DNA of 64,000 nucleotides from Candidatus Aenigmatarchaeota archaeon (lineage in GTDB: Archaea; Aenigmatarchaeota; Aenigmatarchaeia; JACPZZ01), in assembly GCA_043801595.1 (NCBI GenBank), contig JAZDLW010000022.1:1-64000 (forward strand), written 5' to 3'. The position numbers and the translations under genes were made by a program. Each line of letters opens with the position of its first letter. Positions within the stretch are counted from its first letter, which is position 1. Positions 9,281 through 19,568 of this stretch are shown here, piece by piece. The notes beneath the pieces were generated by a model, which saw nothing but the letters and a program-made list of their open reading frames with translations, had not been told where the DNA came from and made no database searches.

Positions 9281-10393
9281 GTGAAGATTTGCATGATAAC
9301 TTCGTATGAACCGGACAGATGCGGCATTTCCGATTATTCGGAGAGACTGGCAGGGTCTTTGAGGAAGGCGGGCGCAGAGGTAATTATAATCTCAAGAGAG
9401 GGGCAAGGCGCGAAAGGGGAAAAAAACATACACCGTATCGTGGCTGTGAAAAAAGTAAAAAGGTCCTTTTCACAGATTTTTGAAGAGTTCGCTTCTTTTA
9501 GCAGGACTATGAAAGATGTAAATAAATCAATGGAAATAATCGGCGATTTCGGGTCAGAAGTCGTTCATGTACAATACGAGCCGGGGCTTTACAACCTTTT
9601 TTATGTTCCGATGCTGTTATCAGCACTGCGTAAAAGGGGGATAAAAGTCGTGCTCACGTTGCACGCCATAGATTATTTTCCGCTTACGATATTTCATAAA
9701 ACTTTTCTTTACAACAAGCCCGACAAGATTATCGTACACACAAGGGTCCACGAGGAGATAATCAAAAAATCTTTGAAATCTGCGAAACGCATAGAACTGG
9801 TTCCGATGGGTTTGATACCCCGCAGGCCGGGAAGAGACGGAAATTACATTCTATACTTCGGTTTTCTTAACCAGCACAAGGGTGTTGAGGATCTTATCGA
9901 AGCTTTCGGCAAAATAAAATGCAGGGAAAAACTTGTTGTCATCGGCAGCATAAATCCCGTCTTCAGGCCAGACGTGGAATATAAGGATAAAATCAAACGC
10001 ATGATCAATGACCTGGGTTTAAAAAGAAGGGTGAATTTTATCTATAAATTCGTTCCGCAAAAATCATTGACGGATTACATAAGGAATTGCATGTTTGTTG
10101 TGTTCCCCTACAGATCGTCTTATTCCGGCGCACAAAGCCAGGCGACCATAGATGTGCTGGCGTCAGGAAAGCCGATGATCGTAACAAAACCGGCCCAAGG
10201 CAACCTGGTCGACAATGAGAATGCCATTGTCATAGAACCGGATAATGTGGAGATATTGTCAGCAGCATTAGAAAAGATGATTAAATCCAAAGACCTCAGG
10301 AAAAGAATCGCGAAAAACAACAAAGACCTGGCCAAGGAATTAAACTGGGATAAGATCGCTTACATAACACTGATCGTGTACGAGAACTTGTAA
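9281..10393 (+). CDS. Glycosyltransferase family 4
   Basis: GTG start inferred (MKICMITSY..RCGISDY); VHVQYE, FGFLNQHKG, FPYRS, GKPMIVT; paralog of the divergent neighbour. Confidence 0.92.
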   Translation: MKICMITSYEPDRCGISDYSERLAGSLRKAGAEVIIISREGQGAKGEKNIHRIVAVKKVKRSFSQIFEEFASFSRTMKDVNKSMEIIGDFGSEVVHVQYEPGLYNLFYVPMLLSALRKRGIKVVLTLHAIDYFPLTIFHKTFLYNKPDKIIVHTRVHEEIIKKSLKSAKRIELVPMGLIPRRPGRDGNYILYFGFLNQHKGVEDLIEAFGKIKCREKLVVIGSINPVFRPDVEYKDKIKRMINDLGLKRRVNFIYKFVPQKSLTDYIRNCMFVVFPYRSSYSGAQSQATIDVLASGKPMIVTKPAQGNLVDNENAIVIEPDNVEILSAALEKMIKSKDLRKRIAKNNKDLAKELNWDKIAYITLIVYENL

Positions 10394-10394
10394 T

Positions 10395-10919
10395 TTACCT
10401 GAGTACGTCGAGTTTTGTTATTATGCCGCACGGTTTGCCCTTTGACGAGACAATTACAGCCTGGTGAAATTCCAGCAGCGACGGCAATATGCCGACATCC
10501 TCGTTCTCGTCAACGATTGGGAAAGGCTTATCCATTATGTCCCTTATTTTTTTGGTGCCAATGTTTTCGAAATTCTTAAGAAGCGTGCTTTCGCTGACAC
10601 TGCCCACGATAACGCCCCGTTCAATAACCGGGAGCTGTGATATGCCGTATTTTCGCATCACGATCAGGGATTTTTTTGCAGGATCGTTCAGGCGAACCGT
10701 CCTAAGGCGGCGGATCATTACATCCCTGCATTTTTTCGTTTCTTTTGGATGGATCGCGGAAATTATTTTATTTACGGTTGACAGCGTAGGGTTTACTTTT
10801 CCTCCTTCTATTTTCGCGATATGCGCCTGGCTGATTCCGATCGATTTTGCCAGAGCAGACTGCGATAATCCAGCCTTCTTCCGCAGGCCACGTATGTATT
10901 CGCCCGTTATTATAACCAT
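10395..10919 (-). CDS. XRE-HTH plus CBS-pair transcriptional regulator
   Basis: LRKKAGLSQSALAKSIGISQAHIAKIEGG HTH followed by two CBS repeats (SQLPVI, GIITKLD). Confidence 0.92.
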   Translation of the reverse strand: MVIITGEYIRGLRKKAGLSQSALAKSIGISQAHIAKIEGGKVNPTLSTVNKIISAIHPKETKKCRDVMIRRLRTVRLNDPAKKSLIVMRKYGISQLPVIERGVIVGSVSESTLLKNFENIGTKKIRDIMDKPFPIVDENEDVGILPSLLEFHQAVIVSSKGKPCGIITKLDVLR

Positions 10920-10927
10920 TGGTTATA
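10911..10927. promoter_or_regulatory. Candidate operator palindrome TATAACCA-T-TGGTTATA
   Basis: Perfect 8-bp inverted repeat overlapping the regulator start codon in the divergent gap to metK. Confidence 0.55.
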
Positions 10928-10981
10928 TTTTTTAGTCAAAATATAAATACGTTGCAGATCATAACATTCTGAAGAAAGCAC

Positions 10982-12139
10982 ATGACAAAAATCACGTACA
11001 TCACTTCTGAATCTGTAACGGAAGGACATCCTGACAAAATTGCTGACCAGATCAGCGATGCCGTTCTCGACAGCCTGATAGCGCAGGATCCGTATTCACG
11101 CGTGGCTGTTGAATGTCTAACAACCACAGGATTGGTTGTGGTGGCAGGCGAAGTTACAACCAGAGGCTACGCTGATGTACAAGGCATAGCAAGGAAAACG
11201 CTCAAGGAAATAGGCTATACGAATCCGTCTTTCGGCATAGACAGCGAAGATGCGGGTGTTTTGGTTTCGATACACGGGCAAAGTCCGGACATTTCGCAAG
11301 GCGTAAATGAAAGCGAAAAGAAGGAGCAGGGGGCAGGTGACCAGGGAATGATGTACGGGTTCGCATGCCGCGAGACGCCCGAGCTGATGCCGCTTCCGAT
11401 AATGCTCGCACACAGGCTTACGAGGCGATTAGCCGAGGTCCGCAAGAACGGAGAAATAAAGAACATAGGCCCTGACGGAAAATCGCAGGTTAGTTTGGAG
11501 TATCATGACGGGGTTCCAAAAAGGCTCACAGCAGTAGTAATCGCAGCGCAGCACACTGATGAAATGGAAGAATCGATTTTGCGCAAAGAAATAACCGAGA
11601 AAGTCATAAAACCAGTTTGTAAAAACTACCTCGACGAAAACACGAAGATTCACATCAACGCTACTGGAAAATTCGTTATCGGGGGGCCGGAAGGCGATAC
11701 GGGCGTTACGGGAAGGAAGATTATTGTTGACACATACGGCGGTGTTGGTCGTCACGGAGGAGGCGGTTTTAGTGGCAAGGATCCGTCCAAAGTCGACCGC
11801 TCCGGGGCATATGCAGCGCGTTATGTTGCGAAAAACATTGTTGCAGCCGGCCTTGCGGATAAATGCGAAGTATCGATTTCATACTGCATCGGCGTCGCAG
11901 AGCCGACATCGATAAACGTAGACACGTTCGGAACGAACAAAATACCGGAAGATAAGATAGTCGAACTTGTGCGCAAGCATTTCAAGTTAACTCCGAAATG
12001 GATAATCGACACGTTGCAGCTGCGACGCCCGATATACAGCAAAACAGCAGCATACGGACATTTTGGGCGAAATGAACCGGAATTCACGTGGGAAAAAACG
12101 GATCGCGCGGAAATACTTAAAAAAGAAGCCGGGTTGTAA
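10982..12139 (+). CDS. metK: S-adenosylmethionine synthetase, bacterial/eukaryotic type
   Basis: [55 protein letters not shown]. Confidence 0.98.
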   Translation: MTKITYITSESVTEGHPDKIADQISDAVLDSLIAQDPYSRVAVECLTTTGLVVVAGEVTTRGYADVQGIARKTLKEIGYTNPSFGIDSEDAGVLVSIHGQSPDISQGVNESEKKEQGAGDQGMMYGFACRETPELMPLPIMLAHRLTRRLAEVRKNGEIKNIGPDGKSQVSLEYHDGVPKRLTAVVIAAQHTDEMEESILRKEITEKVIKPVCKNYLDENTKIHINATGKFVIGGPEGDTGVTGRKIIVDTYGGVGRHGGGGFSGKDPSKVDRSGAYAARYVAKNIVAAGLADKCEVSISYCIGVAEPTSINVDTFGTNKIPEDKIVELVRKHFKLTPKWIIDTLQLRRPIYSKTAAYGHFGRNEPEFTWEKTDRAEILKKEAGL

Positions 12140-12170
12140 CGTTTAAATATTTCAGTTTTCTTCTTAAATT

Positions 12171-12347
12171 ATGTTCACACATGCAGGTTTTTCAAAAGAT
12201 TCGGAAGATCGAAGAAGAAGATTTCTATCCGATTACATGGGAGCGAGCCAGCGTCCGAGCAACGATTATCGCAGCCTGTTTTCCGATTTAACTCGCGATT
12301 ATTCGACTTACGCTGATTCGCGAAAACGCTGCAGATGCTACGGCTGA
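12171..12347 (+). CDS. Possible 58-aa small protein
   Basis: MFTHAGFSKDSEDRRRRFLSDYMG...RKRCRCYG; a TTTAAATA box lies about 22 nt upstream (leaderless pattern). No recognised homology. Confidence 0.3.
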   Translation: MFTHAGFSKDSEDRRRRFLSDYMGASQRPSNDYRSLFSDLTRDYSTYADSRKRCRCYG

Positions 12348-12397
12348 TAAACCGCATTTTAAATCCTTTACAGTAATCTAATTATCAGTGTCCCTAA

Positions 12398-13150
12398 ATG
12401 ACGATAAACCCAAAATCCATGGAAAAGTTCGTAATACAGCCTTCGAGTTATTCGTATACAACAATAGGAACAGCTTACAACAGCCCGCGCCGTGAAATCG
12501 AATATTCAGCTGCGCTCACAAAAACCGGCAAAAATTATTACGATTCAAAAATCGTCGTGCCTGCAAACGAAAGAATGTCAACAGCGGCCGAAGAATTAGC
12601 GATACAACTTTCTCTGGAACGTGCAGGCAAAGATCCGAGAAAAGCGGAAGCTTTCAACGACTTGTACGGCAGAAATACTCTCGATTGGTGCGCATGGCAA
12701 TGGACAGATACGGGCTTGCGAGTGCCGGAAGGCCGCGATCCCGGTAAATATGAAACAATTGATGGTAGAAAATACTGGGCCAGGATAGTTTTAATCGGCG
12801 ACAAAGAGGTCGGAGAAATTCTCGTTCCTGAAGGCCGCGGTCGTGTTATTTCTAAATGGAACGAGGTGTTCGGCCTGCCAGCAGAAACCGAGGACGTGAA
12901 TTTCGCACACAGTCCGTATACCACTTTTTTTTGGTTTAATGATTTTAATCCCAGAAAAGACAGCATATCCGGCCATTACGATGTTGCGGTCATGCGCAGG
13001 GCTTTCTGGCCCCACGGTGGGAGGGATGACGAGTGCATAGACGTCGATGCGGTTTATGGGCGCTGGGCTGAGCGTTCCAACGCCGGCTTCCGCGCGGTTC
13101 ATGGTTATTTGCCGTATATCGAAAAGTCGATCACAAAAAACAGTAATTAA
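12398..13150 (+). CDS. Hypothetical protein with CLec/FGE-like C-terminus (DGR-target-like)
   Basis: WQWT motif and C-terminal AVMRRAFW...CIDVDA.YGRW...SNAGFRAV. Confidence 0.6.
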   Translation: MTINPKSMEKFVIQPSSYSYTTIGTAYNSPRREIEYSAALTKTGKNYYDSKIVVPANERMSTAAEELAIQLSLERAGKDPRKAEAFNDLYGRNTLDWCAWQWTDTGLRVPEGRDPGKYETIDGRKYWARIVLIGDKEVGEILVPEGRGRVISKWNEVFGLPAETEDVNFAHSPYTTFFWFNDFNPRKDSISGHYDVAVMRRAFWPHGGRDDECIDVDAVYGRWAERSNAGFRAVHGYLPYIEKSITKNSN

Positions 13151-13152
13151 TT

Positions 13153-13815
13153 TTACGGCTGATAAAAACCCTTTGGCGGGGCAATATTTTTCTTTTCGTA
13201 TATGCAGATATCAACGAGCGGACACATGTAACACTTCGGTTTTGCTGTTAAGCAGATCGTCTGCCCGAACTCGACCATTCCCGAGTTGACTTTCAAACGC
13301 TCTTTTTCAACAAACATTTTTTCAAGTGTTTTTCTTATCTCCTCATATTTTGCGTTTTTTCCTACAAGTCCCAGTCGCTTGCTGACGACTTCGACGTGGA
13401 CGTCGACAGGAATTGTCGGGACGTCGTAGGCGTAAAGTAAAACTATGTCCGCTGTCTTATAGCCGACACCCGGCAGCGACAGCAGAAGCTCGCGGCTGCT
13501 CGGAACACGACTGTGATAATCGTTTACGAGAATTTTGCACAGCTTTACGATGTTCTTCGATTTTTGTCTGTAAAACCCGCTTTTTTCAATCAGGCGCACA
13601 ATCTTTGTTGAACCCAATTTCAATATGTCTTCTGGCGTTGAGGCGTGGCGAAAAAGATTTTCCGTGGCGATGTCTGTGTTAATGTCGCGCGTCCTTTGCG
13701 ACAAAACCGCGCGCACCAGCGATCTGAACGCGGATTCCTTCGAGTGATGCGAACGCACCGAGTGATATTTGAATACTATTTCCCGTATTCTTTCGGTCCT
13801 TTCCATGCCTACCAA
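13153..13815 (-). CDS. nth: Endonuclease III
   Basis: LSQRTRD, HhH LPGVGYKTA, VDVHV, C-x6-C-x2-C-x5-C FeS motif. Confidence 0.96.
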   Translation of the reverse strand: MVGMERTERIREIVFKYHSVRSHHSKESAFRSLVRAVLSQRTRDINTDIATENLFRHASTPEDILKLGSTKIVRLIEKSGFYRQKSKNIVKLCKILVNDYHSRVPSSRELLLSLPGVGYKTADIVLLYAYDVPTIPVDVHVEVVSKRLGLVGKNAKYEEIRKTLEKMFVEKERLKVNSGMVEFGQTICLTAKPKCYMCPLVDICIYEKKNIAPPKGFYQP

Positions 13816-13860
13816 TTAAATAAATACACCTGACTATAACTCTTTGTCCTTGGGATAGCC

Positions 13861-16656
13861 ATGGTGTTCAGAACACTCGACGATAAATTGCAGGGAATAA
13901 TCAAGAAGCGCTTTGAGAAGCCGACGGAAGCGCAAGCCATGTCCATACCAGCCATAACATCGGGCAAGGATGTCTTATTGATTGCACCGACAGGAATAGG
14001 AAAAACTGAAAGCGCAATGATTGGAATTTTCAACAGATGGGTTCGAGAGAAACAAAAACCAATAAGCATACTTTACATAACGCCGCTGAGGAGCCTTAAC
14101 CGCGACTTGTTAAGCAGGCTAAGGTGGTGGGCGTCCGAATTGGATATGGAAATTGCAGTTCGCCATGGCGATACTACGCAATACGAGCGCGGCAAACAGG
14201 CAGCGATGCCTAGCGACATACTGATAACAACGCCCGAGACGCTGCAAGCGATGCTAACAGGCTCTGTTCTGCGAAAGAACCTATCGAACATAAGGTTCGT
14301 TGTCATAGACGAGGTCCATGAACTGATAAACTCGAAGCGCGGCGCGCAATTGAGCATAGGTCTGGAGCGACTCCGAAACCTGACAGGCGATTTCCAGACA
14401 GTCGGTTTATCGGCAACAATCGGAAACCCCGCTGAAGTTGCGGCGTTTTTAAACGGCGCGAGAAAGTGCGAGATTATAAAATCCGTTGACGCGAAAAAGA
14501 TGAATATTGTTGTTGAGGCAGTCAAGACTGAAGACAATGACGCGAAGACGTCGTCGGAACTTCTGGTAGGAATCGATACAGCTGCGAGGCTAAGAAGAAT
14601 ACTGGAGATACTCGGAAAAAGAAAATCCGTGATAATATTCACAAACACGCGCGAATTTGCGGAGATACTTAGTTCCAGATTAAAAAAGATAAGCGCTCAG
14701 CGGATAGAGACGCACCACGGATCTTTGGCGAAAGATGTACGGATTGAATTTGAAAAAGGTTTCAAGGACGAGAGCATAAAGGCTTTGGTCGCCACTTCGT
14801 CGTTGGAACTGGGCATTGACATCGGCGCGATAGAAACCGTAATACAGTACCAAAGCCCGAGACAGGTTTCGAAATTAATACAGCGTGTCGGGCGCTCGGG
14901 TCATGCGATCGGACGGACGTCAGAAGGCATTATTCTTGCGACTGGGATCGATGATGCGATAGAGTCGGCGGCGATAGCGAAGCTTGCCTTAAACGGAAAG
15001 GTTGAAAAACCGAAGCCGCACAAGCTTGCAATGGACGTTGTCGCACACCAAATAGTCGGGATGACGCTCGAAACATTTTCAATGAGGATGAAGGACGCTT
15101 ACGAAACCATTAAGAAATCATACCTTTACAAGGATCTGGACTACAAGACATTTTTGGCAGTATGCAAACAATTGCAGCAGCTCGGACATGTCTATATCAA
15201 CGGAGACGTTGTCACGCGGAAAAGGAACGGATGGAACTACTACTTTGAAAATCTCAGCACAATACCGTCGGTAAAACAATACAGAATATTTGACATGATA
15301 TCGCGGAAAGGCGTGGGAACGCTGGACGACGAATTTATAGCATTGCACGGCCAGGTTGGCACAACATTTGTTGTCAAGGGCCAGTCCTGGAGAATAGTCG
15401 ATATCGACAATGATATGATAAATGTGGAGCCGGCCGATGACATTGAAGCCTCCATACCTGCGTGGGAGGGCGAGCTGATTCCTGTTCCGTACGAAGTCGC
15501 GCAGGAGGCGCTGAAAATAAAAACAGAAGTTTCGGCAATGCTTTCCGGCGGTCGCAAAGACGAGGCCGGCGAATTCCTGACAAAGAATTATCCGGTCGAT
15601 TCGGAAGCGTCGAGCCTGATAATAAACGCGCTGAAAAAACAGTCCAAGAATTTCGGCTATGCGCAAAACGAAATCGTCATCGAAACTTTCGGGAACATGA
15701 CAGTAATACATTCCCATTTCGGATCGCTGGCGAACGATACGCTCGGGCGGGCGCTGACATTTTATCTTTCCGACAGGATAGGCACGGTCATACTGAAAAC
15801 CGATCCGTACAGGATAACGCTGAGGTGCCAGAAGAGTGCAACGAAACACATATTGGATTTCTTCGGCAGTGTCGATGAAAAAGATGTCGAAGTTTATTTG
15901 CGGGAAAACATACACCGTTCGGATTTATTCACGTGGCGGTTCTTCCACAATGCAAAAAGGTTCGGTGCGATTGCGAAGACTGCAGACCTAACGGCGATAC
16001 CGATGAAAAAGATAGCGGAGATCTATCAGGGAACGCCGATATACGAAGAGACAATGAGAGAGATATTTCTCGAAAAGCTGGGTTTCGAAAGGGCTCGGAA
16101 TGTTCTCAAGGATGTACGAAACGGCGCGATAAAAATCATACAAGCCGACGGACCTTCGTTGTTCGGAAAGCTGGGCTTGCAAAAGGAATTCGGCGAGGCG
16201 ATAGGACCGGAGCGACCTGAGACGGAGATATTGAAAATATTCAAAGACCGCATCAACGAAACGCGCATGAGAATGGTGTGCATGAATTGCGGCAAATGGC
16301 TCTGGCTGGGAATGGTTAAAGAATCGCCGGAAAAATCGAAGTGCGGAAAATGCGGGGCTGCGTTGATAACAGCCATGCGCGAATATGAAAGGTTGACGGA
16401 ACAGGCTGTGATACGGCGAACAGAAAAGAAAACGCTGACGCCAGAACAGGAGAAGTTATACGAAGAGGCGCTTAAAGTCGCTGATTTGGTCATGGTAAGC
16501 GGCAAAGACGCGGTACGCGCGCTAGCGGGACGAGGAGTCGGTTATAAAACTGCGGCGAGGATTCTATCAAAGTATCACGCGAATGAGGATGACCTTGCGC
16601 GCGAAATTCTAGCAGCCGAGCGCCAATACTTTAAAACGAAAAGGTTCTGGAAATAA
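13861..16656 (+). CDS. lhr: Lhr-family DEVH-box helicase
   Basis: APTGIGKT, DEVH, SAT, HHGSL, LELGIDIG, QRVGRSGH, C-terminal zinc finger. Confidence 0.95.
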   Translation: MVFRTLDDKLQGIIKKRFEKPTEAQAMSIPAITSGKDVLLIAPTGIGKTESAMIGIFNRWVREKQKPISILYITPLRSLNRDLLSRLRWWASELDMEIAVRHGDTTQYERGKQAAMPSDILITTPETLQAMLTGSVLRKNLSNIRFVVIDEVHELINSKRGAQLSIGLERLRNLTGDFQTVGLSATIGNPAEVAAFLNGARKCEIIKSVDAKKMNIVVEAVKTEDNDAKTSSELLVGIDTAARLRRILEILGKRKSVIIFTNTREFAEILSSRLKKISAQRIETHHGSLAKDVRIEFEKGFKDESIKALVATSSLELGIDIGAIETVIQYQSPRQVSKLIQRVGRSGHAIGRTSEGIILATGIDDAIESAAIAKLALNGKVEKPKPHKLAMDVVAHQIVGMTLETFSMRMKDAYETIKKSYLYKDLDYKTFLAVCKQLQQLGHVYINGDVVTRKRNGWNYYFENLSTIPSVKQYRIFDMISRKGVGTLDDEFIALHGQVGTTFVVKGQSWRIVDIDNDMINVEPADDIEASIPAWEGELIPVPYEVAQEALKIKTEVSAMLSGGRKDEAGEFLTKNYPVDSEASSLIINALKKQSKNFGYAQNEIVIETFGNMTVIHSHFGSLANDTLGRALTFYLSDRIGTVILKTDPYRITLRCQKSATKHILDFFGSVDEKDVEVYLRENIHRSDLFTWRFFHNAKRFGAIAKTADLTAIPMKKIAEIYQGTPIYEETMREIFLEKLGFERARNVLKDVRNGAIKIIQADGPSLFGKLGLQKEFGEAIGPERPETEILKIFKDRINETRMRMVCMNCGKWLWLGMVKESPEKSKCGKCGAALITAMREYERLTEQAVIRRTEKKTLTPEQEKLYEEALKVADLVMVSGKDAVRALAGRGVGYKTAARILSKYHANEDDLAREILAAERQYFKTKRFWK

Positions 16657-16782
16657 GCTTTTTGGGACAACGGAAAACCGAAGTTTTCAACGGAAACCAG
16701 TGGTTTCCGTGCACAGAAAACAAATGTGTTTTCTGTGCCGTGCATAGGAAACCGTTGTTTCCTATGAAAAGCTTAAGCAAAA
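16655..16782 (+). repeat. Nested double-hairpin element (outer 16668-16766, inner 16688-16737) inside an AAGCTTTT/AAAAGCTT-AAGCAAAA hairpin
   Basis: CAACGGAAA..TTT[CAACGGAAAC..GTTTCCGTGCACAGAAAAC..GTTTTCTGTG]CCGTGCATAGGAAAC..GTTTCCTATG. Confidence 0.9.
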
Positions 16783-16817
16783 ATGGAAAGGTCAAGTAAA
16801 ATATAATGGGAAAAGTT

Positions 16818-17939
16818 TCATTTTCCCGCGACTATTTTTATCACATCGCCTTTTTTCAGCGGGCGTCCTTCTCCAATTCGCATTTTCGTGCGACCATCTA
16901 TTGCGGTTATGAAGTTTTTGGCGAGGTCGGTATGTACGATCGAAGCGAATTCCTTGGCTGTTGTACCCTTTGGAACGAGGTACACGTCCGGTAATACGCG
17001 TCCGCGTGAATCTGACCAGCTGTTTTCATTTTCAACAGGATAAACCTCGATCAATCCAAGAAGGCTGAATACAGCTTCATCGATACACTTCTGAATTCCG
17101 GTCGAGCCGTATTTGTTTATGAATTCTTTTATTTTATTTAGAACCGCGGATTGTGCGCTGCTGGCGTTTTGCGATATCGAAATTTCCCGTGTGTTTTCGT
17201 TGTACGTTGCCAGCTTTTTTTCCGAAGCGAGCCTTAATGCAATTTCCATTTCAGCCGAACACGGAACTATTTTATTTCCGACGTCTTTTGATGCGCGTTC
17301 CAGATTGTTTTTCGACTCTGGAAGATCCATTTTATTCGCTGCTATGAGCATCGGTTTTGTCCGCATGAGGATAAGATGAGCAAGTTTTTTTGCGTCATTT
17401 CCAGCATCTTTGACACATTGTTTTAGCACTTCCTCACGCGGGGTGAATCCTGAAAGCTGTTTCACTATCAGCGATGCGTCAGTTTTTGCGCTTACCCTTC
17501 CAATTATTCCCGCGATCCATAATTCCAGTTCTTCCTTCAGCCATTTTATGTCCGATGCCGGGTCATGATTATCCGTAGGCAGTCCGTTTTCGTCGGTTGT
17601 GCCGCTCATGTCAACAACATGGATCAACGCGTCCGCCTGGCGCAGATCGTCGAGAAATTTGTTTCCTTTTCCGCGACCTTCGTGCGCACCGGGAACAAGG
17701 CCGGCGACGTCAATGATCTTGATCGGTATTAGCCTTGTCCCATCCATGCATTGCGAGTTGTTCGGGTCGCACTTCCTGCCAAGCTCTTTGTGCGGGCATA
17801 CCGCTTTTACAAAAGCGACGCCTTTGTTCGGGTCGATGGTCGTGAAAGGATACGAAGCGATCTTCACGTCCATCATTGTCAGGGCTTTAAAAAAAGACGA
17901 CTTGCCGCTCGACGGTTTTCCTACCAGTCCTATTAACAT
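16818..17939 (-). CDS. ychF: YchF/OBG-family ATPase with TGS domain
   Basis: GKPSSGKS, YPFTT, DVAGL, NKMD, C-terminal TGS; start at MLIGLVG inferred. Confidence 0.93.
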   Translation of the reverse strand: MLIGLVGKPSSGKSSFFKALTMMDVKIASYPFTTIDPNKGVAFVKAVCPHKELGRKCDPNNSQCMDGTRLIPIKIIDVAGLVPGAHEGRGKGNKFLDDLRQADALIHVVDMSGTTDENGLPTDNHDPASDIKWLKEELELWIAGIIGRVSAKTDASLIVKQLSGFTPREEVLKQCVKDAGNDAKKLAHLILMRTKPMLIAANKMDLPESKNNLERASKDVGNKIVPCSAEMEIALRLASEKKLATYNENTREISISQNASSAQSAVLNKIKEFINKYGSTGIQKCIDEAVFSLLGLIEVYPVENENSWSDSRGRVLPDVYLVPKGTTAKEFASIVHTDLAKNFITAIDGRTKMRIGEGRPLKKGDVIKIVAGK

Positions 17940-18655
17940 TGACCAACAATCCTTTGCCATCGTGTGCAGAACGGCGTATCAAACGATACGACATTCGCAT
18001 AGCTTTTTGATTTTGACACTTCGATACAGCTTCCGAGCGTACCTATGCCCTTTCCGTCGGCGAAAGCGCGCGCGGCATGTCTTTTGAAAATTATTTTCAC
18101 GGATCCTGAAAAAACGACCGGTTTGTTAAAGCCGTGCGGGTTGAGAGGCGTAAAAACTAAGCTCTCCGAGCTTCGATCTATTATCGGCCCGCCCGCTGAT
18201 ATGTTGTACGCTGTTGATCCTGCGGGCGTTGATATTACGCCGCCGTCGGCTATGACGTTTTTGTAAAAGAGCGAATTGTTTACAAAAACGTCAAAACGCA
18301 GCGCCTTTTCGGTGAGGCGGAAAAAACCTATTTCATTGAAACTTGTAAATTTTTTATTATCAGTTCGGCCGTCGATCATGCAGAATTTTACGAGTGAAAA
18401 TTCCCCCCTACCCAGCTTTTCGGTTATCCGATCAATATCCGACAAATCCGCTTCTGCCAAGACGCCCTTGCTTTCGTCGGCACGAATGCAAAGAACCGGA
18501 ACACCGCTTTTCGAAGCCTTTGTCATGGCTTTCAGGAATGTGCCGTCGCCGCCTATTGCCACGATGAGGTCTCCAGGCGTGTTTTTCAGGGATTTATCAA
18601 TAACCCCAGTAATATTCTTATGTTTTGTTTTGTCACCAAACATCGAAATGCGCAT
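17933..18655 (-). CDS. NAD(+) kinase
   Basis: GGDGTFL, NE, DGGVISTPAGSTAYNISAGGP. Confidence 0.93.
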   Translation of the reverse strand: MRISMFGDKTKHKNITGVIDKSLKNTPGDLIVAIGGDGTFLKAMTKASKSGVPVLCIRADESKGVLAEADLSDIDRITEKLGRGEFSLVKFCMIDGRTDNKKFTSFNEIGFFRLTEKALRFDVFVNNSLFYKNVIADGGVISTPAGSTAYNISAGGPIIDRSSESLVFTPLNPHGFNKPVVFSGSVKIIFKRHAARAFADGKGIGTLGSCIEVSKSKSYANVVSFDTPFCTRWQRIVGQC

Positions 18656-18696
18656 AAACTAATGATGACTTGCAATAATTAATAAGTGTGGTTTAA

Positions 18697-19197
18697 ATGA
18701 AAACACCCATATGCTCAATATGCTTGCAATCGGACATACTCTGCCAAAGCTGCAGCAACAACGTAGCGTCGGGCAGGTTAAGCAGGGAAGGCGCGGATAT
18801 AATCAAAAAACTCTACCAGATGTCAAAGGAAATAAAATCCCTGGCAAACGTGACTGTTGAAAAGGTGCTTACCTTTGAAAGCCTTGTTGTCATCATTGTG
18901 CCGAAGCGTGATGTTCCCGGCATAGTCGGAAAAGAGGGGCGCATTGCGATAGAGGTTAAAAGACAGTTTGGAAAGCAGATCAAGGTTGTCGGCGACGGCG
19001 ATTACAAAACAATGATTTCCGGATTGATGTATCCTGCCAAAATCGAAAGCATAGGAAAACTTTATTCAAACGGCAAAGAAAGCCTGAAAATAAATTTGCG
19101 AAGAGGCGAGCTGAGAAACTTGCCGGCAAGAAAAGAGGATTTGTTGAAGGCTGCCGAAGAGATATCCGGACGTGAATCGGTTATTTCTGTCAATTAA
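18697..19197 (+). CDS. Archaeal NusA-like zinc-finger/KH protein
   Basis: PICSICLQSDILCQSC N-terminus; KH motif IVGKEG. Confidence 0.75.
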   Translation: MKTPICSICLQSDILCQSCSNNVASGRLSREGADIIKKLYQMSKEIKSLANVTVEKVLTFESLVVIIVPKRDVPGIVGKEGRIAIEVKRQFGKQIKVVGDGDYKTMISGLMYPAKIESIGKLYSNGKESLKINLRRGELRNLPARKEDLLKAAEEISGRESVISVN

Positions 19198-19568
19198 TGC
19201 CTGTAATGGTTTTCGAGTATGTCAAGTTTTTCGCTCAACACCTTGAGCTGCGCTTTCACAGTTTCTATTTCTGCGAGAATAAGATCGATTTTCGGGCTTG
19301 ACGACGGCTGCTCCGGCTGCGCGTACTGCGGTGCGAATTCCTGTGCAGGCCTCTGCGGAAGCGGGAACTGTTTTTCGGCGGGTATCTGAGGTTCTCGTAT
19401 CATGTCAACCGGCGGGCGCGTCTGGCGGTCGTCGTAGCGAGACTCATAGGAATTTATGGCCTGTTCTGACGGTAGTTTTATCGGCGCCATGCTTTCCTTT
19501 ACGCCTTCAAGCGACGGTTTCGCAGAAAATTTGCGCAGCGCGTTTGCGACCGAATCGATAAAACTCAT
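19194..19568 (-). CDS. Hypothetical protein with Pro/Gln-rich linker and C-terminal coiled coil
   Basis: KIDLILAEIETVKAQLKVLSEKLDILE; 4-nt overlap with the upstream gene. Confidence 0.75.
   Translation of the reverse strand: MSFIDSVANALRKFSAKPSLEGVKESMAPIKLPSEQAINSYESRYDDRQTRPPVDMIREPQIPAEKQFPLPQRPAQEFAPQYAQPEQPSSSPKIDLILAEIETVKAQLKVLSEKLDILENHYRH

Noticed and set aside
13861..16656. Intein or defence-type helicase
   Set aside because: Length and motifs fit an ordinary archaeal Lhr; no intein signatures were seen.
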